Part shown: one piece after another, positions 9,887 through 19,010 of the stretch
Position numbering within the stretch: position 1 is the first letter of the stretch
How the letters are laid out: every line of letters starts with the position of its first letter
DNA from: a virus
DNA length: 39,313 bases
Strand: one strand, 5' to 3'
Virus genome (UHGV): UHGV-0145328
Position numbers and translations under genes: made by a program
The notes under the pieces: model-generated
The model's database searches: none
What the model was told of the DNA's origin: nothing
Seen by the model: the letters and a program-made list of their open reading frames with translations, nothing else

Positions 9887-10120
9887 ATGCGCATTGAAAT
9901 AATGATCGATAAAGAGCAGAAGATTAGCCAGTCTACCCTGGACGCCCTTGAATCCGAGCTTTACCGCAATCTGCGCCCCCTATATCCAAAAACGGTAATT
10001 CGCATCCGCAAAGGTAGCTCTAACGGTGTGGAACTGACCGGACTGCAACTGGACGAAGAAAGAAAACAAGTGATGAAAATTATGCAGAAGGTGTGGGAAG
10101 ACGACAGCTGGCTGCATTGA
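9887..10120 (+). CDS. DinI-like protein
   Basis: 77 aa (MRIEIMIDKEQ…LDALESELYRNL…MQKVWEDDSWLH) with the size and pattern of DinI; RBS GAGGTG upstream. Confidence 0.7.
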   Translation: MRIEIMIDKEQKISQSTLDALESELYRNLRPLYPKTVIRIRKGSSNGVELTGLQLDEERKQVMKIMQKVWEDDSWLH

Positions 10121-10233
10121 TTTTGTCAATAGACGCTTGTTTTTACTAATCAAAAAGGGTTACATATGAGTGAGAGGCGATGTCAATCAGATATCGCCTT
10201 GTTTTTTGTCAAGAAAAGAATAATAGGCTAAAA

Positions 10234-10911
10234 ATGAAAATTAATAATGTAGCGTTACCAATATCTCTTGCTGTAATCCTAACTGGTTGCGTGCCACATG
10301 CTTCTAACCGAAATATCACTGCTATTGAAGTGGTGAAGCCTGCTATTGGGCAAAGTGCTACCGCCTACATGGGCGATCCCATTATCACATCTGCTACTGG
10401 ATTTAAAACGGACGTACTAGAACTTGGTGCGGCTAATGGTGCATTGTCTTCTATCGCTGCTGGTACATATTGCAGTGAGGGGAATGGAATTTACCGCAAT
10501 TATCATAACCCTCAAGCTGTTGCGTTAAAAAATCTCTATGGGCAAATCGGTAACTATGTTGATTATGTTAGTTACGATGCTGCAAAAAATGAGATATCAC
10601 CGCCAAATGGTACTTCTTATACTGCATCAGAAATTTCTATCAAACGTGTTCCTGATGGGCTGTGTCGAGTTAGTAACTCATTGGTTAAGACTATCGAATA
10701 CAATGGAAATGCAGGCGGTGTAATGAAGTTCACCTATCGTGAATTTGCAAACGATATGGCTCGTGCAGCATTTACAACAGATTTTTCTGTAGATTCTAAG
10801 GGAAGTGACGTTATCGCTTACAAAGGTGCCAAGTTCAAAGTGAACAAGGCTGATAACTCGTCTATTTCTTATACAATTATTTCTGGCTTTGACAAGGCTG
10901 TCACGTTCTAG
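10234..10911 (+). CDS. Lipoprotein of unknown function (moron)
   Basis: Signal peptide plus lipobox (MKINNVALPISLAVILTGC); AT-rich; followed by a hairpin terminator. Confidence 0.65.
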   Translation: MKINNVALPISLAVILTGCVPHASNRNITAIEVVKPAIGQSATAYMGDPIITSATGFKTDVLELGAANGALSSIAAGTYCSEGNGIYRNYHNPQAVALKNLYGQIGNYVDYVSYDAAKNEISPPNGTSYTASEISIKRVPDGLCRVSNSLVKTIEYNGNAGGVMKFTYREFANDMARAAFTTDFSVDSKGSDVIAYKGAKFKVNKADNSSISYTIISGFDKAVTF

Positions 10912-11013
10912 GTTTCACGCTTACTGAGTATGTTACGATTTTGCACATTCTGCATAAACGCGCATGTCTATGCTGCATGAGATCGCATGATCGTTTGAGG
11001 ATCTTTTGTGTTA

Positions 11014-11040
11014 AGGCCCGCCAGTTCTGGCGGGCTTTTG
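11014..11040 (+). terminator. Rho-independent terminator
   Basis: GCCCGCC / GGCGGGC stem with 6-nt loop followed by TTTT. Confidence 0.6.
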
Positions 11041-11084
11041 CGTAGATCATGCAGGTGCATGAAAACCACTACATAAAGCGGGCA

Positions 11085-11103
11085 GGCGTGGCGGGGATAC
11101 GAG
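11085..11103. other. Candidate cos cohesive-end site
   Basis: GGCGTGGCGGGGATACGAG resembles the 19-nt P2/186 cohesive end as I remember it (GGCGTGGCGGGGAAAGCAT for 186); recalled, not verified. Confidence 0.35.
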
Positions 11104-11255
11104 CGCGCGTTAAGCCATATAAGAGTTATATATTGATTTGATTGCTGGACATACATACAGTATCGCTCTATCATCTAATAAATCTTAGGGTATTTGACAA
11201 TGTTTGGATAAAATGGAACCTAACTTATTCATAATCCGCTAAACAGGGATGTCAG

Positions 11256-12170
11256 ATGCCATACCAATTGGTAGAGCTTAGCCCCGTAGCTAACGATCTT
11301 GAACAGTTAGGAACCAAAGAGAAGTTTTGGTTCTATTTCTCCGATGACACTGTAAATTTGCAGTTGTTTAAGTACTCTAGGCCAGGTACTGGCGAGCATT
11401 GGTCTGAAAAGTGTGCTGCTGAGTTATGTCATTTGCTTAACATTCCACATGCTAGCTATGATTTGGCGCGATACAATGGTCGATTCGGTGTGGTGACTCA
11501 GAATATCATTCCATCTGGTTTCCGGATGGTAATGGGAAATGAAGTGCTTCACAGTTCGACATTCGATTATCCTGGGCCTTTACAAGCCGGGGAAAAGCCG
11601 GTAAGGGTCAGAGAACACACTGTCACAAGGGTCTTGGGTTGTTTAGATAGGGAATCTATCAAGCCTCCTCCGAGTGTATATGATCTAACCGGGCTAAATG
11701 CAGCAGATGTATTTTGTGGATATTTGATGCTCGATGCACTTGTGAGTAATCAAGATCGCCACCATGAAAATTGGGCAATCATGCTTAACAATGAAACTGG
11801 TGAGCAGTTTTTGTGTCCAACATACGATCATGCCGCTAGTTTAGGAAGGGAGATGTTAGATGATGAGCGTAACGAACGGCTTAATACTAAAGATAAAAAT
11901 CGACAAATCCCATGTTTTGTAAGAAAAGCTCGCTCTGAGCTATTCAAAGCAAAAACTGATAAAAAGCCCTTGCTGACTGTTGAAGCATTTCAACATGCAG
12001 TTGAAGGGAGAGTTGCCGCTCGCGACCATTGGTTAGGTAAGTTGAGCGTTTTAACAGAAGATTCCATTACAGATGTGTTTAACCAAGTGCCTTCATCGTG
12101 TATATCCGACAGTGCACGTAGATTTGCAACGTTAATGGTAATGGAAAATCGCAGAAGGTTACTAGAATGA
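11256..12170 (+). CDS. HipA-like Ser/Thr kinase core-domain protein
   Basis: 304 aa with LGTKEKFWF (cf. HipA VAGAQEKT), VSNQDRHHENWAIM (cf. HipA catalytic GATDGHAKNFSV) and CPTYDHAASLG (cf. HipA TPFYDIIS); AT-rich cargo. Confidence 0.6.
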   Translation: MPYQLVELSPVANDLEQLGTKEKFWFYFSDDTVNLQLFKYSRPGTGEHWSEKCAAELCHLLNIPHASYDLARYNGRFGVVTQNIIPSGFRMVMGNEVLHSSTFDYPGPLQAGEKPVRVREHTVTRVLGCLDRESIKPPPSVYDLTGLNAADVFCGYLMLDALVSNQDRHHENWAIMLNNETGEQFLCPTYDHAASLGREMLDDERNERLNTKDKNRQIPCFVRKARSELFKAKTDKKPLLTVEAFQHAVEGRVAARDHWLGKLSVLTEDSITDVFNQVPSSCISDSARRFATLMVMENRRRLLE

Positions 12171-12907
12171 CTAATACAAACTCCGTTTACGTCGCATGGC
12201 AGGCACCAGATACCAGAGACTGGCATGTTGTTGGTAACTTGCAAGAGCGCAAATCGGGGTATGTTTTCAGGTATACCAAAGGTGCTCTTAAATCTTCTAA
12301 ATTTACAAAGTTTAGCGGCATGAGTGATGTTCGTGAAACTTATGTATCGGAAGAATTGTTTCCTCTTTTTAAAAATCGCCTTTTATCACCGAGACGTCCA
12401 GAGTATCCGAGTTTCATTAAATGGCTTGGATTTGAAGAAGATAAGGTAAATCCTATCGATATTCTTGCTCGCTCGGGAGGCTTACGAAGCACTGATCAGC
12501 TGCAGATTTTCAAAAAAATTGATTTTGATTCTGATGGTAACTTTGAGCATTTTTTCTTCTTACATGGACTTGGTTACTTGAATAGCTTAGCTAATGCTCG
12601 TGTATCTGAATTGAAACCGGGGCAAATTTTGCGTCTTTGCTTGGATCTTCAAAATGAATACGATGGGGATGCTGTTGTCGTTCGTGCAGATAAACCAGCT
12701 GAAATCGTTGGTTACTGCCCTAGGTATTTAAGTAATGACATCAAGAAGATGTTATTGGATGATCCAAAATCAATCACTTTAACGGTCGAAAAGATTAGCG
12801 ATGATGCTCCTCATAACTATCGGTTATTATGTAAATTATCAGGGGTACTAAGCCAAGCCTGTCAATCGACGCTGATTCCTCAAGATGAGTTTGAACCTAT
12901 TGAGTAA
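12167..12907 (+). CDS. Partner protein of the kinase; N-terminus possibly HipA N-subdomain-like (HipS-like), C-terminal domain unknown
   Basis: 246 aa; start overlaps the kinase stop (ATGA); N-terminal VYVAWQAPDTRDWHVVGNLQERKSGYVFRYTKGAL loosely resembles the HipA N-terminus. Confidence 0.5.
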   Translation: MTNTNSVYVAWQAPDTRDWHVVGNLQERKSGYVFRYTKGALKSSKFTKFSGMSDVRETYVSEELFPLFKNRLLSPRRPEYPSFIKWLGFEEDKVNPIDILARSGGLRSTDQLQIFKKIDFDSDGNFEHFFFLHGLGYLNSLANARVSELKPGQILRLCLDLQNEYDGDAVVVRADKPAEIVGYCPRYLSNDIKKMLLDDPKSITLTVEKISDDAPHNYRLLCKLSGVLSQACQSTLIPQDEFEPIE

Positions 12908-12913
12908 ATGAAG

Positions 12914-12937
12914 AAAAGCCACCAAACGGTGGCTTTT
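12914..12937. terminator. Bidirectional hairpin terminator between convergent genes
   Basis: AAAAGCCACC-AAAC-GGTGGCTTTT stem-loop with A/T runs on both sides, between the cassette and the portal gene. Confidence 0.65.
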
Positions 12938-12941
12938 CTTA

Positions 12942-13982
12942 TTATGGGGCTATATCTAGCGAGTAGGTATCAAACCGTATCGCCTCCTTGCCAAGCCAAT
13001 CATTCATCTCCTGTAATCGCTTTTGTAGTGGCATTAGCTCATTTCGGACGAATACACGGCTTGCCTTCTCCACATCCCCAAACCCCCCGACATTATTAGG
13101 CATAATCCCCATCATTTGCGGTGGCACACGATGCGCCGCCATCATGTCATCCCGGCTCACGTTCTTGATATTCAAAAACTCATCCTTCGCTGCGACCTCT
13201 GACAACGGGATAATCTGAAGCCCGTCCTTTTTGCCGTTAGGCGAGTACATAAACAGGTTGCGGAAGTTGCCTGGACCTTTGGCGCTTTTCATCGCGTTGC
13301 GGAGGTTGTTCACATCCTCCTGGTTCTGCGCGGCATCGGTCATATACATGATGAAGCCTGCATGACTGCCGTTAATGTAATACTTGCGGCGGAACAGCGT
13401 GGCAGACTCGTTGAGCAGGGCGGATGGAATAGCAGAAAGATAACCGGGCAGGCCGTAGATCTCCTGGTTGATGTCCGGTTCCATCAGATGAAAGATGCTG
13501 CCTTTCGTGAACTGATATGGCTGCGTGGTCATACCGTATTGCACAAACCAGTAGGTATCCAGGTCTAACCCGCGTCGGGTGTATTTTGCCAGGGCAGGTT
13601 CAAGGGCGATAACTTCACCGAAGCGGTTCGTGCGTTTCTCCAGGTAGGCGTTACCAAATACCAGATAGTCCTGCACAAAACGCGAAAAAGCCTGCTGGCT
13701 GAGCAGCGGGTGAGGGATGTAGGTGCTGGTCAGAATGTTGCACTTTACTGCAATCGGGGAACTATGATGCACGGCAGCGCGGAAGGTGCGCGCCAGTCCG
13801 TCAAAGCTGACGGGCGGTTCATACCAGCGGTCCATCTGTACGCATTCCACATAATCCAGCAGTTCTCGGCGGTCCAGAACAGGAACGGGATCGCCGAAGC
13901 TGAATGCTTCGGCTGTAGTTTGACTTTTAAGCTGGATCTGTTTCGTCGCCGCAGCGCGGTTCTTCTTACTCTTTCCCATCAA
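12942..13982 (-). CDS. Q: Portal protein (P2 gpQ-like)
   Basis: 346 aa; size and position next to the terminase large subunit match P2 Q. Confidence 0.85.
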   Translation of the reverse strand: MMGKSKKNRAAATKQIQLKSQTTAEAFSFGDPVPVLDRRELLDYVECVQMDRWYEPPVSFDGLARTFRAAVHHSSPIAVKCNILTSTYIPHPLLSQQAFSRFVQDYLVFGNAYLEKRTNRFGEVIALEPALAKYTRRGLDLDTYWFVQYGMTTQPYQFTKGSIFHLMEPDINQEIYGLPGYLSAIPSALLNESATLFRRKYYINGSHAGFIMYMTDAAQNQEDVNNLRNAMKSAKGPGNFRNLFMYSPNGKKDGLQIIPLSEVAAKDEFLNIKNVSRDDMMAAHRVPPQMMGIMPNNVGGFGDVEKASRVFVRNELMPLQKRLQEMNDWLGKEAIRFDTYSLDIAP

Positions 13983-15745
13983 AAAATCTCCACAATATTG
14001 CTGGTATTGGCGGATTCGCCCTGCAGCGGTTCGTTAAACAGTGCGTGCATCGTTGCCCAGGCCAGATCGGCGTGGCTGGCTTCTTCGCTGCGGCTGGCTT
14101 CATAGGTCGGGCGGTTGCCACTGGCGGTGGTGGCGCGACGGATTGCCATAAAGGACTGCGCTATGTCGGTGTGTCCGGCGTCAAACTCCAGACGGCGGTG
14201 GCTGATAATGTCGTAGGCCTTGAGTACCAGGGCGTTTTTAACGTTGGGGTTGTAGACAAACTCCCGGACGGCAGGAAAAAACGCTTTCACGTTCTCGTAA
14301 ACCCCGTGACCAACGCCGGTTGAGTCGATACCGATATAGGTCACGTTGTACTGTTCGGTCAGTTTTTTGATGGCGTCAGCCTGGGCGCGGAAGTCCATTC
14401 CGCGCCACTGGTGACGCTCAAGAATGCGGAACTTACCGCCCGGCACGGCTGGCGGCGCCACCACCACGCATCCGGCGCTGTCGCCGTTCTGCGTACCTTT
14501 CGCCGGGTCATATCCGATCCACACTTCGCGCCAGCCAAACGGGCGCAGGGCCAGTGCATGAAAGTCGGTCCAGACTTCCCAACTGTCCACCATGCACGCC
14601 TGCAGCTCGCTGAGCGGGAACACAGACGCGAGATCGTCCACGAACTCACACATCAGCAGGTTCTGGTATTCGTCCGGGCTGTACTCCATGCGCAACTGGT
14701 CGAGGTCGAACAGGTTACAGCCGCCGCGCACCGCATCTTCCACAGTGACTATCTGGCGGTACTGCCCGTCTGCGCACAGCAGGCCGGGGGCCAAATTGCT
14801 GTGGGACAGGTCGATGTCCACCTTATCGGCTTTGTTGCGCCCTCGGTTGAACAGTGCACCGGACCAGAACGGATAAGCACTGTGTGTCAGGCTGGATGGC
14901 GTGGAAAAATAGGTTTGTCGCCATTTTTTGTGAATAGCCATACCGGAAGCCACTTTGCGCAGCTCCTGGAATTTCGGTATCCAGAAATATTCATCCAGAT
15001 ACAGGTTGCCGTGGTAACTCTGGGCCGTGCGGGCATTGGTGCCGAGGAAGTACAGTGTGGCCCCGTTAGGAAGCACCATCGGATCGCCTTTCAGCTCCAC
15101 CTCCACTTCTTTGGCGAAGTCGATGATGTACTGCTTAAAGACGTGGGCCTGAGCCTTGCTGGCGGAAAGGAAAATCTGGTTACGCCCGGTTAGCAGGGCG
15201 TCAATCAGGGCTTCACGGGCAAAATAGAAGGTCGCGCCGATCTGGCGTGACTTCAGCAGGTTGCGGATGCGGTTGGTTTTTCCGGCTTCCCACCAGTGGC
15301 GCTGGTAGTTGAACATGGAGGAATGGAAGATTTCTTCCAGCTTCTCAATCTGTTCATCGGTGAAAACGTTCTTTTCCGGCTGACGGCGCGGGCCTTTGTT
15401 GCGGTTGGCGACGTTAGGGTTTAAGTCGGCTTCGTTGCCGCCATTGTTAAACTTGCCGATCCGCGCATGGCGCTCAGACTGGCGCGCCAGCAGGTCAATC
15501 TCTTTGAAATCTTTCCCTTCTTTGTGCTCCTTCATAATGAGCTGACAGTAGCGTGCGGCGGTGGTGAGCTGCATCTGATCCAGCGGCCCATAGTCACCCC
15601 ACTTGTCGCGTTTTTTCCAGCTGTGAACGGTTGCAACTTTCTCGCCCAGCATTTCAGCAATGCGGGCGACGCGGTATCCCTGAAAGTACAGCAGCATGGC
15701 CTGCCGACGGGGATCGAGATCTGCGGGTGTCAGTGTGGTGTTCAT
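13979..15745 (-). CDS. P: Terminase large (ATPase) subunit (P2 gpP-like)
   Basis: 588 aa, divergent from the O-N-M-L operon as in P2. Confidence 0.85.
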   Translation of the reverse strand: MNTTLTPADLDPRRQAMLLYFQGYRVARIAEMLGEKVATVHSWKKRDKWGDYGPLDQMQLTTAARYCQLIMKEHKEGKDFKEIDLLARQSERHARIGKFNNGGNEADLNPNVANRNKGPRRQPEKNVFTDEQIEKLEEIFHSSMFNYQRHWWEAGKTNRIRNLLKSRQIGATFYFAREALIDALLTGRNQIFLSASKAQAHVFKQYIIDFAKEVEVELKGDPMVLPNGATLYFLGTNARTAQSYHGNLYLDEYFWIPKFQELRKVASGMAIHKKWRQTYFSTPSSLTHSAYPFWSGALFNRGRNKADKVDIDLSHSNLAPGLLCADGQYRQIVTVEDAVRGGCNLFDLDQLRMEYSPDEYQNLLMCEFVDDLASVFPLSELQACMVDSWEVWTDFHALALRPFGWREVWIGYDPAKGTQNGDSAGCVVVAPPAVPGGKFRILERHQWRGMDFRAQADAIKKLTEQYNVTYIGIDSTGVGHGVYENVKAFFPAVREFVYNPNVKNALVLKAYDIISHRRLEFDAGHTDIAQSFMAIRRATTASGNRPTYEASRSEEASHADLAWATMHALFNEPLQGESANTSNIVEIF

Positions 15746-15791
15746 GGCACAAACCTACAGCCTTGAATGAAGGCTTTCCCCGCCTGCGGTT

Positions 15792-15809
15792 TGTGTGGTT
15801 GTCGGTACA
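15792..15809. promoter_or_regulatory. Late-promoter dyad TGT-N12-ACA (Ogr-dependent), P/O divergent region
   Basis: TGTGTGGTTGTCGGTACA between the divergent P and O genes. Confidence 0.55.
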
Positions 15810-15887
15810 AATACCGCGCATTGTTTCACTGCCTCCATCACCGCAACCATAAGGCTCCAGTAAGTTTTTTCTAACGGAGCACGGCTC

Positions 15888-16721
15888 ATGACAGTGAAAG
15901 CAAAGCGTTTTCGCATCGGGGTGGAAGGTGCCACCACCGATGGACGCGAAATCCAGCGTGAATGGCTGGAACAGATGGCAGCCAGCTACAACCCGGCGGT
16001 GTATACCGCGCTGATTAACCTTGAGCACATCAAGTCTTATCTGCCGGACAGCACCTTTAACCGCTACGGCAAGGTGACGGCGCTGTTTGCTGAAGAAATC
16101 ACGGAAGGTCCGCTGGCAGGCAAGATGGCGCTGTATGCCGACGTTGAGCCAACGGAGTCCCTGGTGGAGCTGGTGAAAAAAGGCCAGAAATTATTCACCT
16201 CTATGGAAGTCAGCCCGAAGTTCGCTGATACGGGCAAAGCCTACCTAGTCGGCCTGGCTGCCACTGATGACCCTGCCAGTCTGGGCACTGAAATGCTGAC
16301 ATTCAGCGCCAGTGCAGCCCATAACCCGCTGGCAAACCGCAAGCAGAATCCTGCCAATCTCTTTACCGCTGCAGAGGAAACGGTGATCGAACTGGAAGAA
16401 ATCCAGGAGGACAAACCGTCCCTGTTTGCCCGTGTCACGGCGCTGTTCACCAAAAAAGAGCAGTCCGATGACGCCCGGTTCTCTGATGTGCATAAGGCCG
16501 TGGAACTGGTCGCCACTGAGCAGCAGAACCTGAGTGCGCGCACCGAAAAATCCCTGTCTGAGCAGGAAGAACGCCTGTCTGAGCTGGAGACTGCCCTGCA
16601 GGCACAGCTGACCGCCTTTAACGAACTGGTGGACAAGCTGAGCCATGAAGACAGCCGCCAGGACTACCGCCAGCGTGCAACAGGCGGTAACGCCCCCGCT
16701 GACACTCTGACCAATTGCTGA
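15888..16721 (+). CDS. O: Capsid scaffolding protein (P2 gpO-like)
   Basis: 277 aa, first gene of the rightward capsid operon, acidic coiled-coil C-terminal half. Confidence 0.85.
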   Translation: MTVKAKRFRIGVEGATTDGREIQREWLEQMAASYNPAVYTALINLEHIKSYLPDSTFNRYGKVTALFAEEITEGPLAGKMALYADVEPTESLVELVKKGQKLFTSMEVSPKFADTGKAYLVGLAATDDPASLGTEMLTFSASAAHNPLANRKQNPANLFTAAEETVIELEEIQEDKPSLFARVTALFTKKEQSDDARFSDVHKAVELVATEQQNLSARTEKSLSEQEERLSELETALQAQLTAFNELVDKLSHEDSRQDYRQRATGGNAPADTLTNC

Positions 16722-16737
16722 TGGAGCACAAAACCTG

Positions 16738-17796
16738 ATGAAGAAGAATACCCGCTTTGCTTTTAACGCTTACCTGCAGCAGCTGGCGCGTCTGAACGGT
16801 GTGGCAGTTGAAGAACTGTCCAGCAAGTTCACCGTGGAGCCGTCCGTGCAGCAGACGCTGGAAGACCAGATCCAGCAATCCGCCGCATTCCTGACGCTGA
16901 TTAACGTCACGCCAGTGACTGAGCAGTCTGGTCAGTTGCTGGGGCTGGGTGTTGGCAGCACCATTGCCGGAACCACTGATACCACCGCAAAAGAGCGTGA
17001 GCCTGTCGATCCGACGCTGATGGTCGATGTGGAATACAAATGCGAGCAGACCAACTTTGACACGGTGCTGACCTACGCGAAGCTGGACCTGTGGGCGAAG
17101 TTTCAGGATTTCCAGGTGCGTATCCGTGACGCCATCGTGAAACGTCAGGCACTGGACCGCATCATGATCGGCTTTAACGGCGTGAAGCGTGCGAAAACCT
17201 CCAACCGTAGTGAAAACCCGCTGCTGCAGGATGTGAACAAAGGCTGGCTGCAGAAAATCCGTGAGGATTCACCGGATCACGTCATGGGCAGCACCACCAC
17301 GGGCGGCGAAACCACACCGGGTGCGGTGAAAGTCGGGAAAGGTGGCGAATATGCCAACCTGGACGCTGTGGTGATGGATGCGGTCAATGAGCTTATCGAC
17401 GTGGTCTACCAGGACGATGACGATCTGGTGGTGATTTGCGGTCGTGAACTGCTGTCTGACAAGTATTTCCCGCTGGTCAACAAAGAGCAGGAAAACAGTG
17501 AAAAACTGGCTGCCGATATGATTATCAGTCAGAAACGCATGGGCGGTCTGCAGGCCGTGCGTGCGCCGTTCTTCCCGCCGAATGCGCTGCTGATCACCCG
17601 TCTGGATAACCTGTCCATCTACTGGCAGGAAGACACCCGCCGCCGTTCAGTTATCGACAACCCGAAACGTGACCGGATTGAAAATTTTGAATCCGTTAAC
17701 GAAGCCTACGTGGTTGAGGACTACCGCTGCGCCGCACTGGTGGAAAACATCCAGATTGGCGACTTCAGCGCCGCCGCAGCAGAAACCGGAGCGTAA
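16738..17796 (+). CDS. N: Major capsid protein (P2 gpN-like)
   Basis: 352 aa, position after the scaffold gene. Confidence 0.85.
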   Translation: MKKNTRFAFNAYLQQLARLNGVAVEELSSKFTVEPSVQQTLEDQIQQSAAFLTLINVTPVTEQSGQLLGLGVGSTIAGTTDTTAKEREPVDPTLMVDVEYKCEQTNFDTVLTYAKLDLWAKFQDFQVRIRDAIVKRQALDRIMIGFNGVKRAKTSNRSENPLLQDVNKGWLQKIREDSPDHVMGSTTTGGETTPGAVKVGKGGEYANLDAVVMDAVNELIDVVYQDDDDLVVICGRELLSDKYFPLVNKEQENSEKLAADMIISQKRMGGLQAVRAPFFPPNALLITRLDNLSIYWQEDTRRRSVIDNPKRDRIENFESVNEAYVVEDYRCAALVENIQIGDFSAAAAETGA

Positions 17797-17799
17797 TTC

Positions 17800-18450
17800 A
17801 TGAGCCTGAGTCCCGCACGGCAGCATCGCCTGCGCGTTCAGGCTGAACAGGCCGCTCGTGAGGGCGGCAGTGTTCGCCACGCGTCGGGCTATGACCTGAT
17901 GCTGCTGCAACTGGCGGAAGACCGCCGCCGTCTCAAGGGCGTTCAGTCCACGGTGAAAAAAGCGGAAATAAAGGTGGAGCTGCTGCCGAAATATGCCGCC
18001 TGGGCGGAGGGCGTCCTGGCTGCCGGAGGCGCTCAACAGGATGACGTGCTGATGTACGTGATGCTGTGGCGCATTGATGCCGGAGATTATGCCGGGGCGC
18101 TGGAGATCGGGCGTCATGCCCTGCGTCATGGCTGGGTGATGCCGCTGGGTAACCGCAACGTGCAGACCGTGCTGGCAGAGGAAATGGCAGATGCAGCGCA
18201 GAGCGCAATGCTTGCCGCCACCGGCTTTGATGCCGATCTGTTGCTGCAGACGCTGGAGCTGACAGACGGTCTGGATATGCCGGACCAGTCACGGGCGCGT
18301 CTGCATAAAGCGATTGGCGCTGTCCTGAGTGAAAGCAATCCGGCGTCCGCCCTTAATCATCTCAACCATGCGTTACAGCTCGATCCCCGCTGTGGCGTGA
18401 AAAAAGACAAACAGCAGCTGGAGCGCAGACTGCGCAATGACAGCCGCTGA
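17800..18450 (+). CDS. M: Terminase small (endonuclease) subunit (P2 gpM-like)
   Basis: 216 aa, position after N. Confidence 0.8.
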   Translation: MSLSPARQHRLRVQAEQAAREGGSVRHASGYDLMLLQLAEDRRRLKGVQSTVKKAEIKVELLPKYAAWAEGVLAAGGAQQDDVLMYVMLWRIDAGDYAGALEIGRHALRHGWVMPLGNRNVQTVLAEEMADAAQSAMLAATGFDADLLLQTLELTDGLDMPDQSRARLHKAIGAVLSESNPASALNHLNHALQLDPRCGVKKDKQQLERRLRNDSR

Positions 18451-18545
18451 CAGAACGTGCCCCCGCGCACGGGCGGCACGGGGTGGCGAAAGGCACTGCC
18501 ACATCAAAACCCCGTCCACCGCCCTCTATTTCAGGAGAAAGCAGC

Positions 18546-19010
18546 ATGAAGTTTGTTGCGCCAGAACAGGCACCGGAACAGGCGGAAATCATCAGAAATA
18601 CGCCGTTCTGGCCTGATGTGGACCTGTCGGAGTTTCGCAGTGTGATGCGCACTGACGGCACGGTGACGCAGCCGCGTTTAAAGCAGGTTGCGCTGTCGGC
18701 AATTTCGGAGGTCAACGCAGAGCTGTATGAGTTTCGCAGACGCCAGCAGATGCTGGGGTATGTCTCGCTGGCAGAGGTTCCGGCGGAACAGCTGGACGGG
18801 AAAAGTGAGCGCATTCAGCACTATTTCAACGCGGTTTACTGCTGGGCACGCGCCATGCTCAACGAGCGTTATCAGGACTATGACGCCACGGCATCCGGTG
18901 TGAAGCGGGGCGAGGAACTGGCGGAAGCAAGCGGTGATTTGTGGCGTGACGCCCGCTGGGCCATCAGCCGGGTGCAGGATGCGCCGCACTGCACAGTGGA
19001 GCTTATCTGA
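18546..19010 (+). CDS. L: Head completion/stabilisation protein (P2 gpL-like)
   Basis: ATG at 18546 (MKFVAPEQAPEQAEIIRNTPFWPDVD…) with AGGAGAAAG RBS; synteny. Confidence 0.8.
   Translation: MKFVAPEQAPEQAEIIRNTPFWPDVDLSEFRSVMRTDGTVTQPRLKQVALSAISEVNAELYEFRRRQQMLGYVSLAEVPAEQLDGKSERIQHYFNAVYCWARAMLNERYQDYDATASGVKRGEELAEASGDLWRDARWAISRVQDAPHCTVELI

Noticed and set aside
12908-13099. 63-aa plus-strand ORF overlapping the 3' end of the portal gene
   Set aside because: Starts inside the intergenic hairpin terminator and runs antisense into Q; no RBS.
14411-15193. 260-aa ORF on the plus strand inside the terminase large-subunit gene
   Set aside because: Antisense to a well-supported 588-aa gene; Arg/His/Ala-rich low-complexity translation; treated as spurious.
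16241-16646. Two overlapping antisense ORFs (131 and 133 aa) within the scaffold gene O
   Set aside because: Embedded antisense to a conserved structural gene; Ser/Cys/Arg-rich; no independent support.
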